Shown: positions 11,175 through 21,074 of the stretch, one piece after another
How positions within the stretch are numbered: position 1 is the first letter of the stretch
Layout of the letters: the number at the start of each line of letters is the position of its first letter
NCBI GenBank assembly: GCA_051971635.1
Contig: JBFPLN010000003.1
Location: 288,001-352,000 of the forward strand
Length of the DNA stretch: 64,000 nucleotides
Direction: 5' to 3'
DNA from: Candidatus Atelocyanobacterium thalassae
GTDB lineage: Bacteria > Cyanobacteriota > Cyanobacteriia > Cyanobacteriales > Microcystaceae
Position numbers and translations under genes: made by a program
The notes under the pieces: model-generated
Seen by the model: the letters and a program-made list of their open reading frames with translations, nothing else
Told to the model about the DNA's origin: nothing
Database searches by the model: none

Positions 11175-11312
11175 TCAAACAGATAAGCGATACCTTCCTC
11201 TTTTTCGTCTTGCTTGAATTACTTTGCGTCCATTGTTATCTCTCATTCGTGCCCGAAAACCTGATGTTCTTTTTTGCTTTCGGTTAGTTCCTCCTAGTGT
11301 CCGTTGAGTCAC
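11175..11312 (-). CDS. rpmH: 50S ribosomal protein L34
   Basis: GTG start at 11312 with a GGAGG SD; (M)[22 protein letters not shown], 45 aa. Confidence 0.97.
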   Translation of the reverse strand: MTQRTLGGTNRKQKRTSGFRARMRDNNGRKVIQARRKRGRYRLSV

Positions 11313-11635
11313 AAGCCTATTCCTCCAATAATACTTTTTTAATTTAATATTATAAATACACAGGAGTACATCATAACAAAACACAAGGTAAATAGCAAAT
11401 TCTATTCTTTTCTAAAATGAAATATTGTTGTTATATTTTTCATATAAGTCTCTTTGTTTTTTTTAAGCATTAATTAAGCAATAACTAAATTTAATAAATG
11501 ATGAATAACTTTGAATATTTTTCACAATTCATTTGTAATGTTGTTCTAGCTTGTTTCAAATTAATAAAAAATTAAAAGATTAGCAAACATACTACATATG
11601 TATTTGATACTTCAAGGTTTGTAATAAGCATTATT

Positions 11636-12388
11636 TTAAAGTTTACCAAATCTCCTTTGTCGATGCTGATATTCTAACAAAGCTTCATAAAGATTTTGAT
11701 ATGTGAAGTCCGGCCAAAGAGTTGAAGTAACATAAATTTCTGCATAAGCTAATTGCCATAATAAAAAGTTACTTAAACGCATTTCTCCACTAGTACGAAT
11801 CAATAGATCAGGATGAGAAATATCTTTAGTGTATAAATAATTTTCAAATAGAGTTTCATCAATATCACTTATATCAAGCAACCCTTGTTTTACTTTTGTC
11901 GCTATTTTTCGACAACTCTGAATAATTTCTTGACGTCCACCATAGTTAGTAGCTATCGTGAATTGTACTCCTGTATTATCTTCCGTATTTTTCATTGAAC
12001 GGAAAATTTGCGATTGTAAAGATGAGGGTAATTCTTCTAGATTTCCAACAAAACGTATTTTTACGTTTTCACTCATCATTTCTTGTAATTCTCTATGTAA
12101 TACTGTTTCAAAAAGAGCCATTAAAAACTCTACTTCTTGAAGAGGTCTTCCCCAATTTTCAGTCGAAAATGCATAGGCCGTTAGAGCAGGAATTCCTAAA
12201 TCTCGACAATAACGAAGTAAATCTTTAAGAGTTCCCACTCCCTTCTGATGTCCTACAATTCTGGGAAGTCCACGATGCTTAGCCCAACGTCCATTGCCAT
12301 CCATTATCACGGCAATATGACCTGGGAGACGGTTTTGATCAAGATCAGTTGGTAAATTTTTTAACACAATAGATTGCTTAACAGTCAT
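11636..12388 (-). CDS. uppS: Undecaprenyl diphosphate synthase / isoprenyl transferase
   Basis: [47 protein letters not shown] overlap with cdaA. Confidence 0.97.
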   Translation of the reverse strand: MTVKQSIVLKNLPTDLDQNRLPGHIAVIMDGNGRWAKHRGLPRIVGHQKGVGTLKDLLRYCRDLGIPALTAYAFSTENWGRPLQEVEFLMALFETVLHRELQEMMSENVKIRFVGNLEELPSSLQSQIFRSMKNTEDNTGVQFTIATNYGGRQEIIQSCRKIATKVKQGLLDISDIDETLFENYLYTKDISHPDLLIRTSGEMRLSNFLLWQLAYAEIYVTSTLWPDFTYQNLYEALLEYQHRQRRFGKL

Positions 12389-13314
12389 TTCTTCTCTTCC
12401 GGTGAGTTCGATGACGAAATATTAAAGGTTCGTTTAAAAAAAAGTTTTCCTTGTGAGTTAATAGTATGCTTTAACGCATCCCAGCTAGGAGCTACAGAAT
12501 CGCTGTTAACAATTAGGGAGAAGCGCTGTTTTAACAACTCTTTTAGTCTACTATTAGTTAAAGGACGGTCTAAAACTCCTTTCTCAGCTAAAGAAATCGA
12601 GCCTGTTTCTTCAGAAACTACTATACAAAGACATTGATCAATATTCTCAGTGATCCCTATAGCAGCACGATGTCGAGTTCCTAGCTGACGTGAAAACGTC
12701 TTATCAGACAATGGAAGGATAACTCCTGCAGAAACTATCCTAGAACCACGAATAAAAACGGCTCCATCATGAAGTAAAGTTTTTGGTTGAAAAATTGTTT
12801 GTAATAAGGCCTTAGAGATTTCTCCATTGACTACTACTCCAGGATCAACAAAAACTCTTGTATCAATAGTTGCTTCTGTCTCAATAACAATTAATGCTCC
12901 CGTTCTATTTTGAGATAATTCTCGTACTGTTTCTACCAGTTCATCCACTATATTGTCTGGCTTAGGTATAGGTCTTCTTTGTTTAAATAATTGTAGTATT
13001 TTCCCTCTTCCTAGTAATTCTAGAAATCTTCGAAATTCTCCTTGAAAAATAACAGCCATGGATACTGCTGCTCCTAAAACTAATTTTTCCAATACGAATT
13101 TCAACAGTGTCAATTGAAGCTTTTCGCTAATTACTGTTACTAACATTAAAATAATTAGCCCCCGAAACATCCATAAGGTACGACGTTCACCAATAGCAAG
13201 AAGCATCAAATAGGTTAACAACAGCACCAAACTAGTATCGATGCCGTTATGAATCAACCCTGAGGGTGTCCAGTGCTGATCAGGAGGCTCACCTAACATG
13301 ATGTAAAATGACAA
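12385..13314 (-). CDS. cdaA: Diadenylate cyclase (c-di-AMP synthase)
   Basis: Three N-terminal TM helices, DAC motifs LHDGAV and GTRHRAA, VSEETG. Confidence 0.95.
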   Translation of the reverse strand: MSFYIMLGEPPDQHWTPSGLIHNGIDTSLVLLLTYLMLLAIGERRTLWMFRGLIILMLVTVISEKLQLTLLKFVLEKLVLGAAVSMAVIFQGEFRRFLELLGRGKILQLFKQRRPIPKPDNIVDELVETVRELSQNRTGALIVIETEATIDTRVFVDPGVVVNGEISKALLQTIFQPKTLLHDGAVFIRGSRIVSAGVILPLSDKTFSRQLGTRHRAAIGITENIDQCLCIVVSEETGSISLAEKGVLDRPLTNSRLKELLKQRFSLIVNSDSVAPSWDALKHTINSQGKLFFKRTFNISSSNSPEEKK

Positions 13315-13343
13315 GATGGATGATTAATAAAAACAGAAATAAA

Positions 13344-14780
13344 TTATAGAAGGCAGTCAGGCAGGAGCCTCTGGGGTAAACAGTCTTGTCTAACTAGATC
13401 GTCATAAGTTTCTCGTCGTACAATCAAATTGGCTTCTCCATTATTAACTAAGACTGCAGCTGGACGTGGTATACGATTATAGTTTGAAGCCATACTATAG
13501 TTATATGCTCCTGTTCCCATTACTACTAGAATATCTCCTGTATGAGTTTGAGGCAACTTAGCGTCTTTGATTACTATATCTCCAGATTCACAATGTTTTC
13601 CTGCAATAGTAAATGTTTCAGTAATTTGTTTTGACATTTTATTGCCTGTAAGAACACTATAAATTGATTGATAAGTGATAGGACGAGGATTATCAGACAT
13701 CCCTCCATCAATGGCAAGATAAGTACAAACACCAGGAATTACTTTACGACTACCTACAGTATAAGCAGTTATACAGGCAGAACCTATTAATGATCGGCCG
13801 GGTTCTGCTATTAGTTTTGGTAATGGTAAGTTATTTCTTACACAGGCTTGCATAACTGACTCACTAACAGTCTTCACCCATTCTTTAATACTTGGAGGAT
13901 CATCATTATAAGTATAAGAAATACCCAATCCTCCTCCAATATTTAATTCATACAAGGTTAATCCTAATTCTTGAGCTTTTTTAAGCCATTCGACTAGAAT
14001 GAAGGCAAGGTCACGATGTGGCTGTTTCTCAAAAATTTGAGACCCTATATGCGAATGTAGTCCTCGACAATCTAAAACTTTGTGTTTAATAACATAGTTG
14101 ATAACAGCTTCAAAATCATTTAAATCAAATCCAAACTTACTACTTAAATGTCCTGTCTTTATATACTCATGAGTATGACACTCAATTCCTGGAGTTAATC
14201 TTAGTAAAATAGGAATAGATTTTTCTGGTAAGTGATTACCAAGCTTTACTAAATTTTCAAGTTCTAACCAATTATCTACAACTATTCTACAATTATATTT
14301 TATGGCTAAGCGTAATTCATCTAGAGATTTATTGTTACCGTGAAAATAAATCTTACTAGCTATTTCTGTCTCAGAATATCCTAATTTTGACATTGCCATT
14401 TGAGCAGTATAAAACTCTCCTCCCGAAACAACGTCAAAGCCTAAATCTTCAGTTGCAATAACTCCAATTACTGAGAGGCAGCTCCAAGCCTTTGAAGCAT
14501 AAATAACTTGAGATGGACCTTTATAATAAAGATTAAAATTATCTCGATATTGACTACAAGAAATCCTCAATGTTGTCTCATCAAGAATATATAAAGGAGA
14601 GCCAAATCGCTCTACTAAATTCTTGATGTTACACTTACCAATTTCTAAATAATCATTATCTATTACTTTAGATGTTAGTGGTAATAAACAATGATTAGAT
14701 GACTCTTGTAAAATTTTATTAGTATACTCGGATATGTAGTCTTGTCCTGTACGAAAAATATATTTTGGGTCAAATACCAT
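13344..14780 (-). CDS. lysA: Diaminopimelate decarboxylase
   Basis: YASKA PLP lysine, HIGSQI, EPGRSL, HCESGD, GAYNYSMASNYN. Confidence 0.96.
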   Translation of the reverse strand: MVFDPKYIFRTGQDYISEYTNKILQESSNHCLLPLTSKVIDNDYLEIGKCNIKNLVERFGSPLYILDETTLRISCSQYRDNFNLYYKGPSQVIYASKAWSCLSVIGVIATEDLGFDVVSGGEFYTAQMAMSKLGYSETEIASKIYFHGNNKSLDELRLAIKYNCRIVVDNWLELENLVKLGNHLPEKSIPILLRLTPGIECHTHEYIKTGHLSSKFGFDLNDFEAVINYVIKHKVLDCRGLHSHIGSQIFEKQPHRDLAFILVEWLKKAQELGLTLYELNIGGGLGISYTYNDDPPSIKEWVKTVSESVMQACVRNNLPLPKLIAEPGRSLIGSACITAYTVGSRKVIPGVCTYLAIDGGMSDNPRPITYQSIYSVLTGNKMSKQITETFTIAGKHCESGDIVIKDAKLPQTHTGDILVVMGTGAYNYSMASNYNRIPRPAAVLVNNGEANLIVRRETYDDLVRQDCLPQRLLPDCLL

Positions 14781-15086
14781 AATTTCCTAATCTTGGGTAA
14801 TTTGGGTACTAAAATAATTAAAAAGTTTACAATCTATCCAAATACTACTGAAGGGATATATTAAATATTACGATATGGCTTTTTCTATATCAATATTTAT
14901 ATTAATGGCAGTTAACAAATACTTTGTAATTCTGAATACAAAATATATTGCAGGTAAATCATCATATAATGACTCAAAAAAATTATCTTTTTTCGATTTA
15001 GTAAAAATTATGTAGGATACTCATTATTAATTTGAAGAAATATTAATAATCTTTCAAGCTAACAGTTAGTATAAATTTTTGTTGCG

Positions 15087-15129
15087 CTAGGTTTAAGACT
15101 ATAATATATATTTTCAATCTTAAACCTAG
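15087..15129 (-). terminator. Hairpin downstream of rps1
   Basis: CTAGGTTTAAGA...TCTTAAACCTAG, perfect 12-bp arms. Confidence 0.55.
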
Positions 15130-15182
15130 TCTAATTAAGCAAAGGAAAACATTTTACTTAATTAATTGTCAATATAAATAAT

Positions 15183-16262
15183 TTATTCTTCAGGACTATC
15201 TGTAGTAACAACTATTTTATCTTGAACTTCATCTTGAACTTCTTCTTGAACTTCCTCTTGAACTTCCTCTTGAACTTCTTCTACATCTTCTGAAGCAGAA
15301 GGAATATCTTCTACTATATTTTCTTCTTCTTCAGTTATTTCTTCAGGTATTTCTCTACCTTCTGCCTCTGCAAGAAGCTTCTGACGATATTTCTCAGCCA
15401 TTTCTTCCGCTTTTTCAAAAACCACATCTCGATTTTTTAGCATATCCCCAGGCTCGGGTTCAAGCTGTTTTGTTGACAAGGATATTCTTCCTCTTTCAGC
15501 ATCAAGATCAATAATCATAACCTTCAATTCGTCATTAACTCCAAAAACGCTGTGAGGAGTATCGATATGATCATGAGAAATTTCAGAAATATGTAACAGT
15601 CCGCTAACTCCTCCTATGTCAATAAAGGCGCCATAAGGTTTAATTCCGCGAACAGAGCCAATGACAACTTGTCCTACTTCCAGGCCATTCATTTTACGCT
15701 CAACCAATGCACGACGGTGACTAAGAACTAAACGATTTCTTTCTTCGTCAACTTCAAGAAATTTTAAAGGTAATTCTTCCCCAACTAAATCTTCTTTAGC
15801 TTCACGAGTACTTATGTGAGATCCTGGAATAAAACCTCTTAAGCCCTCAATTCTTACAAGGGCACCTCCTCGGTTTGTCGCAAAAACATTAGAGCGAACA
15901 GTTGCGTCTTCTTCTCTTAATTGACGGACTCTTTCCCAAGCTCGCATATATTCAATGCGTCTGATAGATAAAGTTAGTTGTCCGTCTTCGTTTTCATCAG
16001 TTAAGATAAAAAATTCTCTTGTTTCATTCGGCTGGAGAACTTCGTCAGGATCATCTACTCGATTGATTGACATTTCCTGAATAGGAATATAAGCTGCGGT
16101 TTTTGCTCCAATATCAATCAGCGCACCCCTTGGTTCCATACTGAAAACAGTACCAGGTACGATATCCCCGGGACTGAAGTGATAATCATATTTATCAAGC
16201 AGCGCAGCAAAATCTTCGTGAGTAAAACCAATGTCTTTAATTGTTGCTTTCTGATCTATCAT
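15183..16262 (-). CDS. rpsA: 30S ribosomal protein S1 (cyanobacterial 3-domain Rps1a)
   Basis: Probable start is the ATG at 16262 (MIDQKATIKDIGFTHEDFAALLDKYDYHF); three S1 domains and an acidic tail. Confidence 0.96.
   Translation of the reverse strand: MIDQKATIKDIGFTHEDFAALLDKYDYHFSPGDIVPGTVFSMEPRGALIDIGAKTAAYIPIQEMSINRVDDPDEVLQPNETREFFILTDENEDGQLTLSIRRIEYMRAWERVRQLREEDATVRSNVFATNRGGALVRIEGLRGFIPGSHISTREAKEDLVGEELPLKFLEVDEERNRLVLSHRRALVERKMNGLEVGQVVIGSVRGIKPYGAFIDIGGVSGLLHISEISHDHIDTPHSVFGVNDELKVMIIDLDAERGRISLSTKQLEPEPGDMLKNRDVVFEKAEEMAEKYRQKLLAEAEGREIPEEITEEEENIVEDIPSASEDVEEVQEEVQEEVQEEVQDEVQDKIVVTTDSPEE
15219..15278. repeat. 12-bp tandem repeat, 5 copies (NTCTTGAACTTC), encoding EVQE/EVQD in the S1 tail
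   Basis: Units start at 15219, 15231, 15243, 15255 and 15267 and differ only at the first base. Confidence 0.95.
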
Positions 16263-16550
16263 GTATTTCCATTTTCCTATATCTAAATCTCTGATAGTTA
16301 ATGATGCCTCCTGTTGATGCATGTTTTCTAATTCTCAAGTATTTGCCAAAAAGGTTATACATTAATTGAATTAGTAATCATAAAAAATATTCTTCTTAAA
16401 CTTATAAATAAGATAATAAAAATATTGCTAAAAGATTGATTTATTGTTTTGTCAATCAGTGGCAGGATGCAGACCTTTCATCATAGCACCATTTATTATA
16501 ACTTATATTAATTATGATGTTAATCCGTCAGAGAAAGTTTAGATAAAAAA

Positions 16551-16901
16551 AAAGAGTTAGACATAAGCCGGATTCTGTTCTAAAGGAGAGTCATCTATCT
16601 AGGATACTTGTTACCAAGTATCTCTTGCGGTACACCTGAACGGAATTGGAAAAAGATCAACCTATTATTCCTCCGACCTTGCTCCCGACTGGGGTTTACC
16701 GAGCCAGTACCTCACAATACTGCTGGTGTGCTCTTACCACACCTTTGCACCCTTACCTTTTATTGAGGCGGTATTTTTCTGTGGCACTATCCTCACGCTC
16801 ACGCGCACTGGTTATTATCCAGCAAGTCTGATCTTTTGGGAGTCCGGACTTTCCTCAGATTATTTTATTCAAATAACCCGTAACTCTCTCGCCAACTCTT
16901 T
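16551..16901 (-). ncRNA. rnpB: RNase P RNA (bacterial type A)
   Basis: The minus strand has GAGGAAAGTCCGG (CR I), AGTGCCACAGAAA, GGTAAACCCC and AACAGAATCCGGCTTA (CR V). The 5' AAAGAGTTGG pairs with the 3' CTAACTCTTT (P1). Confidence 0.97.
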
Positions 16902-16909
16902 AATAATAT

Positions 16910-16939
16910 ATTCTAATATTTTTTATAAAATAATTTCAA
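16910..16939 (-). promoter_or_regulatory. Sigma70-type promoter for rnpB
   Basis: TTGAAA-N18-TAGAAT ending about 8 nt before the predicted rnpB 5' end. Confidence 0.5.
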
Positions 16940-17144
16940 TTTTTCGTGTGTCTTATGAATAAGATATTCTTAAATTGTACTACTTTTGGTATAAGGTAAC
17001 GATATTTCAACTCTAATTCATAAAAAAAAAGCAAATAAATGTTACTTATATTAAAAGTACATTTCAACATTCTAAATTAGTTTAGCTTATTTATACTTTA
17101 TAAGTAGTTTATAGCTTCTGAAAAACTAGACCTGTCTACTAGTT

Positions 17145-17567
17145 TTAAACTATTTTATCTATAGCATTTCTAAATATCTGCTGCAAAAGCTTGGCAAGCT
17201 TAGCAAAGTTTGATTGATAGTAATTCTGTGAAGGATCAAAAAGCTGTAATTTATTTAATAACTGGGCTTCTTGTATTTGAATATCTCCATCACTATAAAT
17301 TAAAGCACTCAAAGATTCTAGAAGCTCCTGATAATCTTCTGTTGTTGGATTATTTCCTAGATACTCTTCTAACCACTGATAACACTGATCTGCTTTTATT
17401 GGTTTTAACTCTGACAAAAAATACTGTAATTCTATATCGTTAGATAACCCATGATATTCTGACATATATTTTAGATAGTTCCTTTCCTCTACTTGAATAA
17501 TCCCATCTATCCACGCAACTCCAATTAAAATCTTAAGCAATTGCTTATTTTTATATGTTTTATTCAT
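17145..17567 (-). CDS. TerB family (tellurite-resistance-like) protein
   Basis: Paired AWIDGIIQVEER and IYSDGDIQIQE TerB motifs. Confidence 0.85.
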   Translation of the reverse strand: MNKTYKNKQLLKILIGVAWIDGIIQVEERNYLKYMSEYHGLSNDIELQYFLSELKPIKADQCYQWLEEYLGNNPTTEDYQELLESLSALIYSDGDIQIQEAQLLNKLQLFDPSQNYYQSNFAKLAKLLQQIFRNAIDKIV

Positions 17568-17618
17568 TATTAACTAACTCTTCAATATATTTTGACAACC
17601 AATAAAGTAACTAGTCCT

Positions 17619-18980
17619 CTAACGTATTCTAGTTGAATCTTTTCGTAATTTCACCATGAAAAATCCATCCATGTGATGTTGATGGGGAAATATTTGCAAG
17701 CATCCTGATGATCTTATAAAAGGTGAAAAAAATTTATAAGCAAGAGGTTTTTCGATATGCCACTCAGAATTATTCTTGAGAAAATTATATATAATCGCTT
17801 CATTCTCTGAAATATTTAAAGTACATGTAGAGTAAACCAAAACCCCATTTGGCTTTACCCATTCAGATGCTCTATGTAGTATCTCTCTTTGTATTATTGA
17901 CAACTGTTTTATTTTTTCGGGAGTTTGTCTCCATCTAATATCCGGATTTCTGTGTAAAGTTCCCAAGCCAGAGCAAGGAGCATCTATAAGAACGCGATCA
18001 GCAAAATTATTAAATTGCTGCAAATAACGACTGTCTCCTCTTATTAGTTTAATTGATTTTAATCCTAATCTTTCTATGTTTTGTTGAACTTTGGCAAGAC
18101 GAGATGAAATACGATCACAGGCTAAAATTAATCCTCGATCATGCATTAACTCAGCGATATGAGTAGTTTTTCCTCCAGGTGCAGCACAGGCATCAATTAT
18201 TGTTTCTCCTATTTTTGGATCCAGTAAATAACTGACCAGTTGTGCACTGATATCTTGTACTGTCCAATTACCCTTCATAAATCCCGGTAAATTTTTTATA
18301 TCACCTGTTTTTCCTGCCAGCCTCAATGAGTAGGGTAACTGTGGCAAGTACTCTGTATTTACTTTAGCTTTAGCTAAGTGCTCTTTAACTTCCTCTATAG
18401 TGGTTTTAAGGCTGTTGATACGTATATCAATTGTTGGAGACTGATTAAACCAATAGCATAGTTTTGTCGTAGTATTTCTTCCCCATTGTTGATACCAATT
18501 TTCAACTATCCAATTGGGAAAACTGTATTTTATTGCTATGGTATTTGGAAAACTTCCTGATGTCGTTAATGGATGTTTTTTCCCCTCTTTTACTCTTATA
18601 TGTTTTCTTAATATTGCGTTAACTACTTTAGAAAGACCATTCAAATTATTATTTTTTGCAAGGTCTACACTTGTGTTGACAGCTGCAGATGAAGGAATGT
18701 TATCAAGATATAAAAGCTGATACAATCCAATATGAAGAATACGGCGTAAAACTGGTGGCTGTTTTTGAGATTTTTTGTTTCCTAATTGATCAATTAAACA
18801 ATCTAATGTACGTTGACAACGTATTATTCCATAAACTAATTCTGTACATAAACTACGATCATTTTTATTTAAAATAGTGTGTTCAAGAGCATTATTTAGG
18901 GATATATCAATAAAACTATTATTTTTATCTATTTCTCTTAAAATTTTTAAAGTTAGTTGACGAACATTAGAAACTTTCAA
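17619..18980 (-). CDS. rsmB: 16S rRNA m5C967 methyltransferase RsmB/Sun
   Basis: NusB-like N-terminus, DACAAPGGKTT, DAPCSGLG, VYSTCT. Confidence 0.95.
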   Translation of the reverse strand: MKVSNVRQLTLKILREIDKNNSFIDISLNNALEHTILNKNDRSLCTELVYGIIRCQRTLDCLIDQLGNKKSQKQPPVLRRILHIGLYQLLYLDNIPSSAAVNTSVDLAKNNNLNGLSKVVNAILRKHIRVKEGKKHPLTTSGSFPNTIAIKYSFPNWIVENWYQQWGRNTTTKLCYWFNQSPTIDIRINSLKTTIEEVKEHLAKAKVNTEYLPQLPYSLRLAGKTGDIKNLPGFMKGNWTVQDISAQLVSYLLDPKIGETIIDACAAPGGKTTHIAELMHDRGLILACDRISSRLAKVQQNIERLGLKSIKLIRGDSRYLQQFNNFADRVLIDAPCSGLGTLHRNPDIRWRQTPEKIKQLSIIQREILHRASEWVKPNGVLVYSTCTLNISENEAIIYNFLKNNSEWHIEKPLAYKFFSPFIRSSGCLQIFPHQHHMDGFFMVKLRKDSTRIR

Positions 18981-19269
18981 GATAAAGTACTATTAAGAAT
19001 TAAGTTACGGATCAATAATGATTGAAAATTAAAATTAACCGTATGAATATACTTAAATTATATGAATAATATTGAAAATTTACTATCATGTAGCATTATT
19101 TAATTTTATTAGATATTACTAGTTAATTTGTTTCTTCAATTAGGACTTTACAAAAGGATAAAAAAGTAAAATAAATAAAACAAGAAATTTAATTTAAACA
19201 AATGTGATACCAAATAAAGAGTGAACAAGTCTAGTATTAAGTATCAGCAAACATACCCAACATTTAGAT

Positions 19270-20004
19270 ATGGACAAAACATTTGGAACCTTGTATGGAA
19301 TTAGTATAGGACCAGGAGATCCTGAATTAATTACTGTAAAAGGGAAAAGATTATTACAAGAAGTACCTGTCATAGCCTTTCCTACAGGGATATCAGGCAG
19401 AAAAGGAGTAGCTGAACAAATAATTTCTTTTTGGGTCGATAATCAACAAATAAAACTACCTTTACATTTTCCCTATGTAAAGAATAAAAAACAATTACAA
19501 GAAGCCTGGAAAAAAGCTGCTTTTAATGTTGAAAATTATCTTCAGGAAGGGATTGATGTAGCCTTTGCTTGCGAAGGAGATGTAAATTTTTTTAGTACTT
19601 TTACATATCTAGCACAGTTTATACTTAAAAGGTGTCCTCAAATTTCAATAAAAACTATCCCTGGAGTTTGTTCTCCAATTGCTTCTGCTTCTGCTTTAGG
19701 CGTTCCATTAACTTTTTATTCCCAAAATCTTGCAATTCTTCCCATAGTTCATAATGTGAATGAAATTCAAATGATAGCCAATTGGGCTGATACAATTGTC
19801 CTGTTAAAGGTCAATTCTGTTTATACTCAAATCTGGGATATTCTACAAAGTCTAAATTTGTTACAACATTCTTCTTTAATTGTTAGAGCTACACAATCAG
19901 AAGAGAATGTATATAAAGACTTAACAAATTATCGACACTTATCCGTTCCATATTTTTCTCTAATGGTTATCCAAACGAATTGGCTAAAAAATCAAGAGAA
20001 ATAA
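19270..20004 (+). CDS. cobI: Precorrin-2 C20-methyltransferase
   Basis: GTLYGISIGPGDPELITVKG, CEGDVNFFSTF, PYFSL. Confidence 0.9.
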   Translation: MDKTFGTLYGISIGPGDPELITVKGKRLLQEVPVIAFPTGISGRKGVAEQIISFWVDNQQIKLPLHFPYVKNKKQLQEAWKKAAFNVENYLQEGIDVAFACEGDVNFFSTFTYLAQFILKRCPQISIKTIPGVCSPIASASALGVPLTFYSQNLAILPIVHNVNEIQMIANWADTIVLLKVNSVYTQIWDILQSLNLLQHSSLIVRATQSEENVYKDLTNYRHLSVPYFSLMVIQTNWLKNQEK

Positions 20005-20100
20005 ATATCGATTTTAATTAAATAATAGATGATCATGTATGTTATATTAGCTGAATCAACAAACTTTAAGAAAATAAAATCTTATTTATTTCTCTAAAGA

Positions 20101-20109
20101 TGCTATAAT
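20101..20109 (+). promoter_or_regulatory. Extended -10 element (TGCTATAAT) upstream of rpsD
   Basis: Exact TGnTATAAT, followed by an AGGAG SD and the ATG at 20142. Confidence 0.55.
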
Positions 20110-20141
20110 AAAGCTTTTGTATACTAGGAGAAAATTAATAC

Positions 20142-20750
20142 ATGTCTCGTTATAGAGGGCCTCGCCTTAGGGTTGTACGAAGACTTGGAGAACTTCCAGG
20201 ATTAAGTAGAAAAAACCCTCGTCGCACTTATCCACCTGGGCAACATGGTCAGGGTCGTAGAAAACGCTCTGAATATGCTGTGCGACTAGAAGAAAAACAG
20301 AAACTTCTTTACAATTACGGTGTAACTGAAAAGCAACTAATCCGTTACATGAAAAAAGCTCGTCGTGCCACTGGTTCTACAGGGCAAAAACTATTAGAAC
20401 TTTTGGAGATGCGTTTAGACAATACAGTGTTTCGCTTAGGAATGGCTGGAACTATTCCTGGTGCTCGTCAGTTGGTAAACCACTGTCATGTGTTGGTAAA
20501 TGGGCGAGTTGTTAATATTGCTAGCTACCAATGTCGTGCTGGAGATGTTATTTCTGTTCGAAATAATGACAATTCTCGTCGTATGGTAGAAACTAATATG
20601 CAATATCCTGGATTAGCGAATCTTCCTGAGCATTTAGAGTTTGATAAAAATACTTTTACTGGAAAAGTCAATGATGTCATTAAGCGCGAATGGGTTGCAT
20701 TGCAAATTAATGAGCTTCTAGTTGTTGAATATTATTCTCGGAAAGTATAG
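20142..20750 (+). CDS. rpsD: 30S ribosomal protein S4
   Basis: [10 protein letters not shown]...PPGQHG...[13 protein letters not shown]. Confidence 0.99.
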   Translation: MSRYRGPRLRVVRRLGELPGLSRKNPRRTYPPGQHGQGRRKRSEYAVRLEEKQKLLYNYGVTEKQLIRYMKKARRATGSTGQKLLELLEMRLDNTVFRLGMAGTIPGARQLVNHCHVLVNGRVVNIASYQCRAGDVISVRNNDNSRRMVETNMQYPGLANLPEHLEFDKNTFTGKVNDVIKREWVALQINELLVVEYYSRKV

Positions 20751-20751
20751 G

Positions 20752-20811
20752 CTAGATAAACAATTTTATAATTGTTTATCTAGATGTGAGATAGAGGTTG
20801 CCTAGGCAACC
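20752..20811. terminator. Tandem hairpin and palindrome downstream of rpsD
   Basis: CTAGATAAACAATT-ttat-AATTGTTTATCTAG (20752-20783), then the perfect palindrome GGTTGCCTAGGCAACC (20796-20811). Confidence 0.65.
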
Positions 20812-21074
20812 CTTACTAACTTATGCTTGCTATTTTTAATACATAAAAGCAAATTTAATATATAAATATCAAACTAAATAATTCAAAGGGTTTATCTAAG
20901 ACATATTCTTACTAAATAATTTTTTAGTTACTTTAGATTTAAATTATTTAACCAGTTTTTGTAACAATGTATTTTTTAAATGTTTAAGTAAAAAATAATA
21001 ACTTTATAGTTTTTAGATTCTGTATATCAAATACTTCCATTTAGGTAATTTTTTTACCCATAGCAATTTCTATA

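Noticed and set aside
15219..15278. Tandem repeat as a CRISPR array
   Set aside because: Contiguous 12-bp in-frame coding units with no spacers and no cas genes.
16646..16962. Two plus-strand ORFs (61 and 78 aa)
   Set aside because: They are antisense to rnpB and arise from the GC-rich structural RNA.
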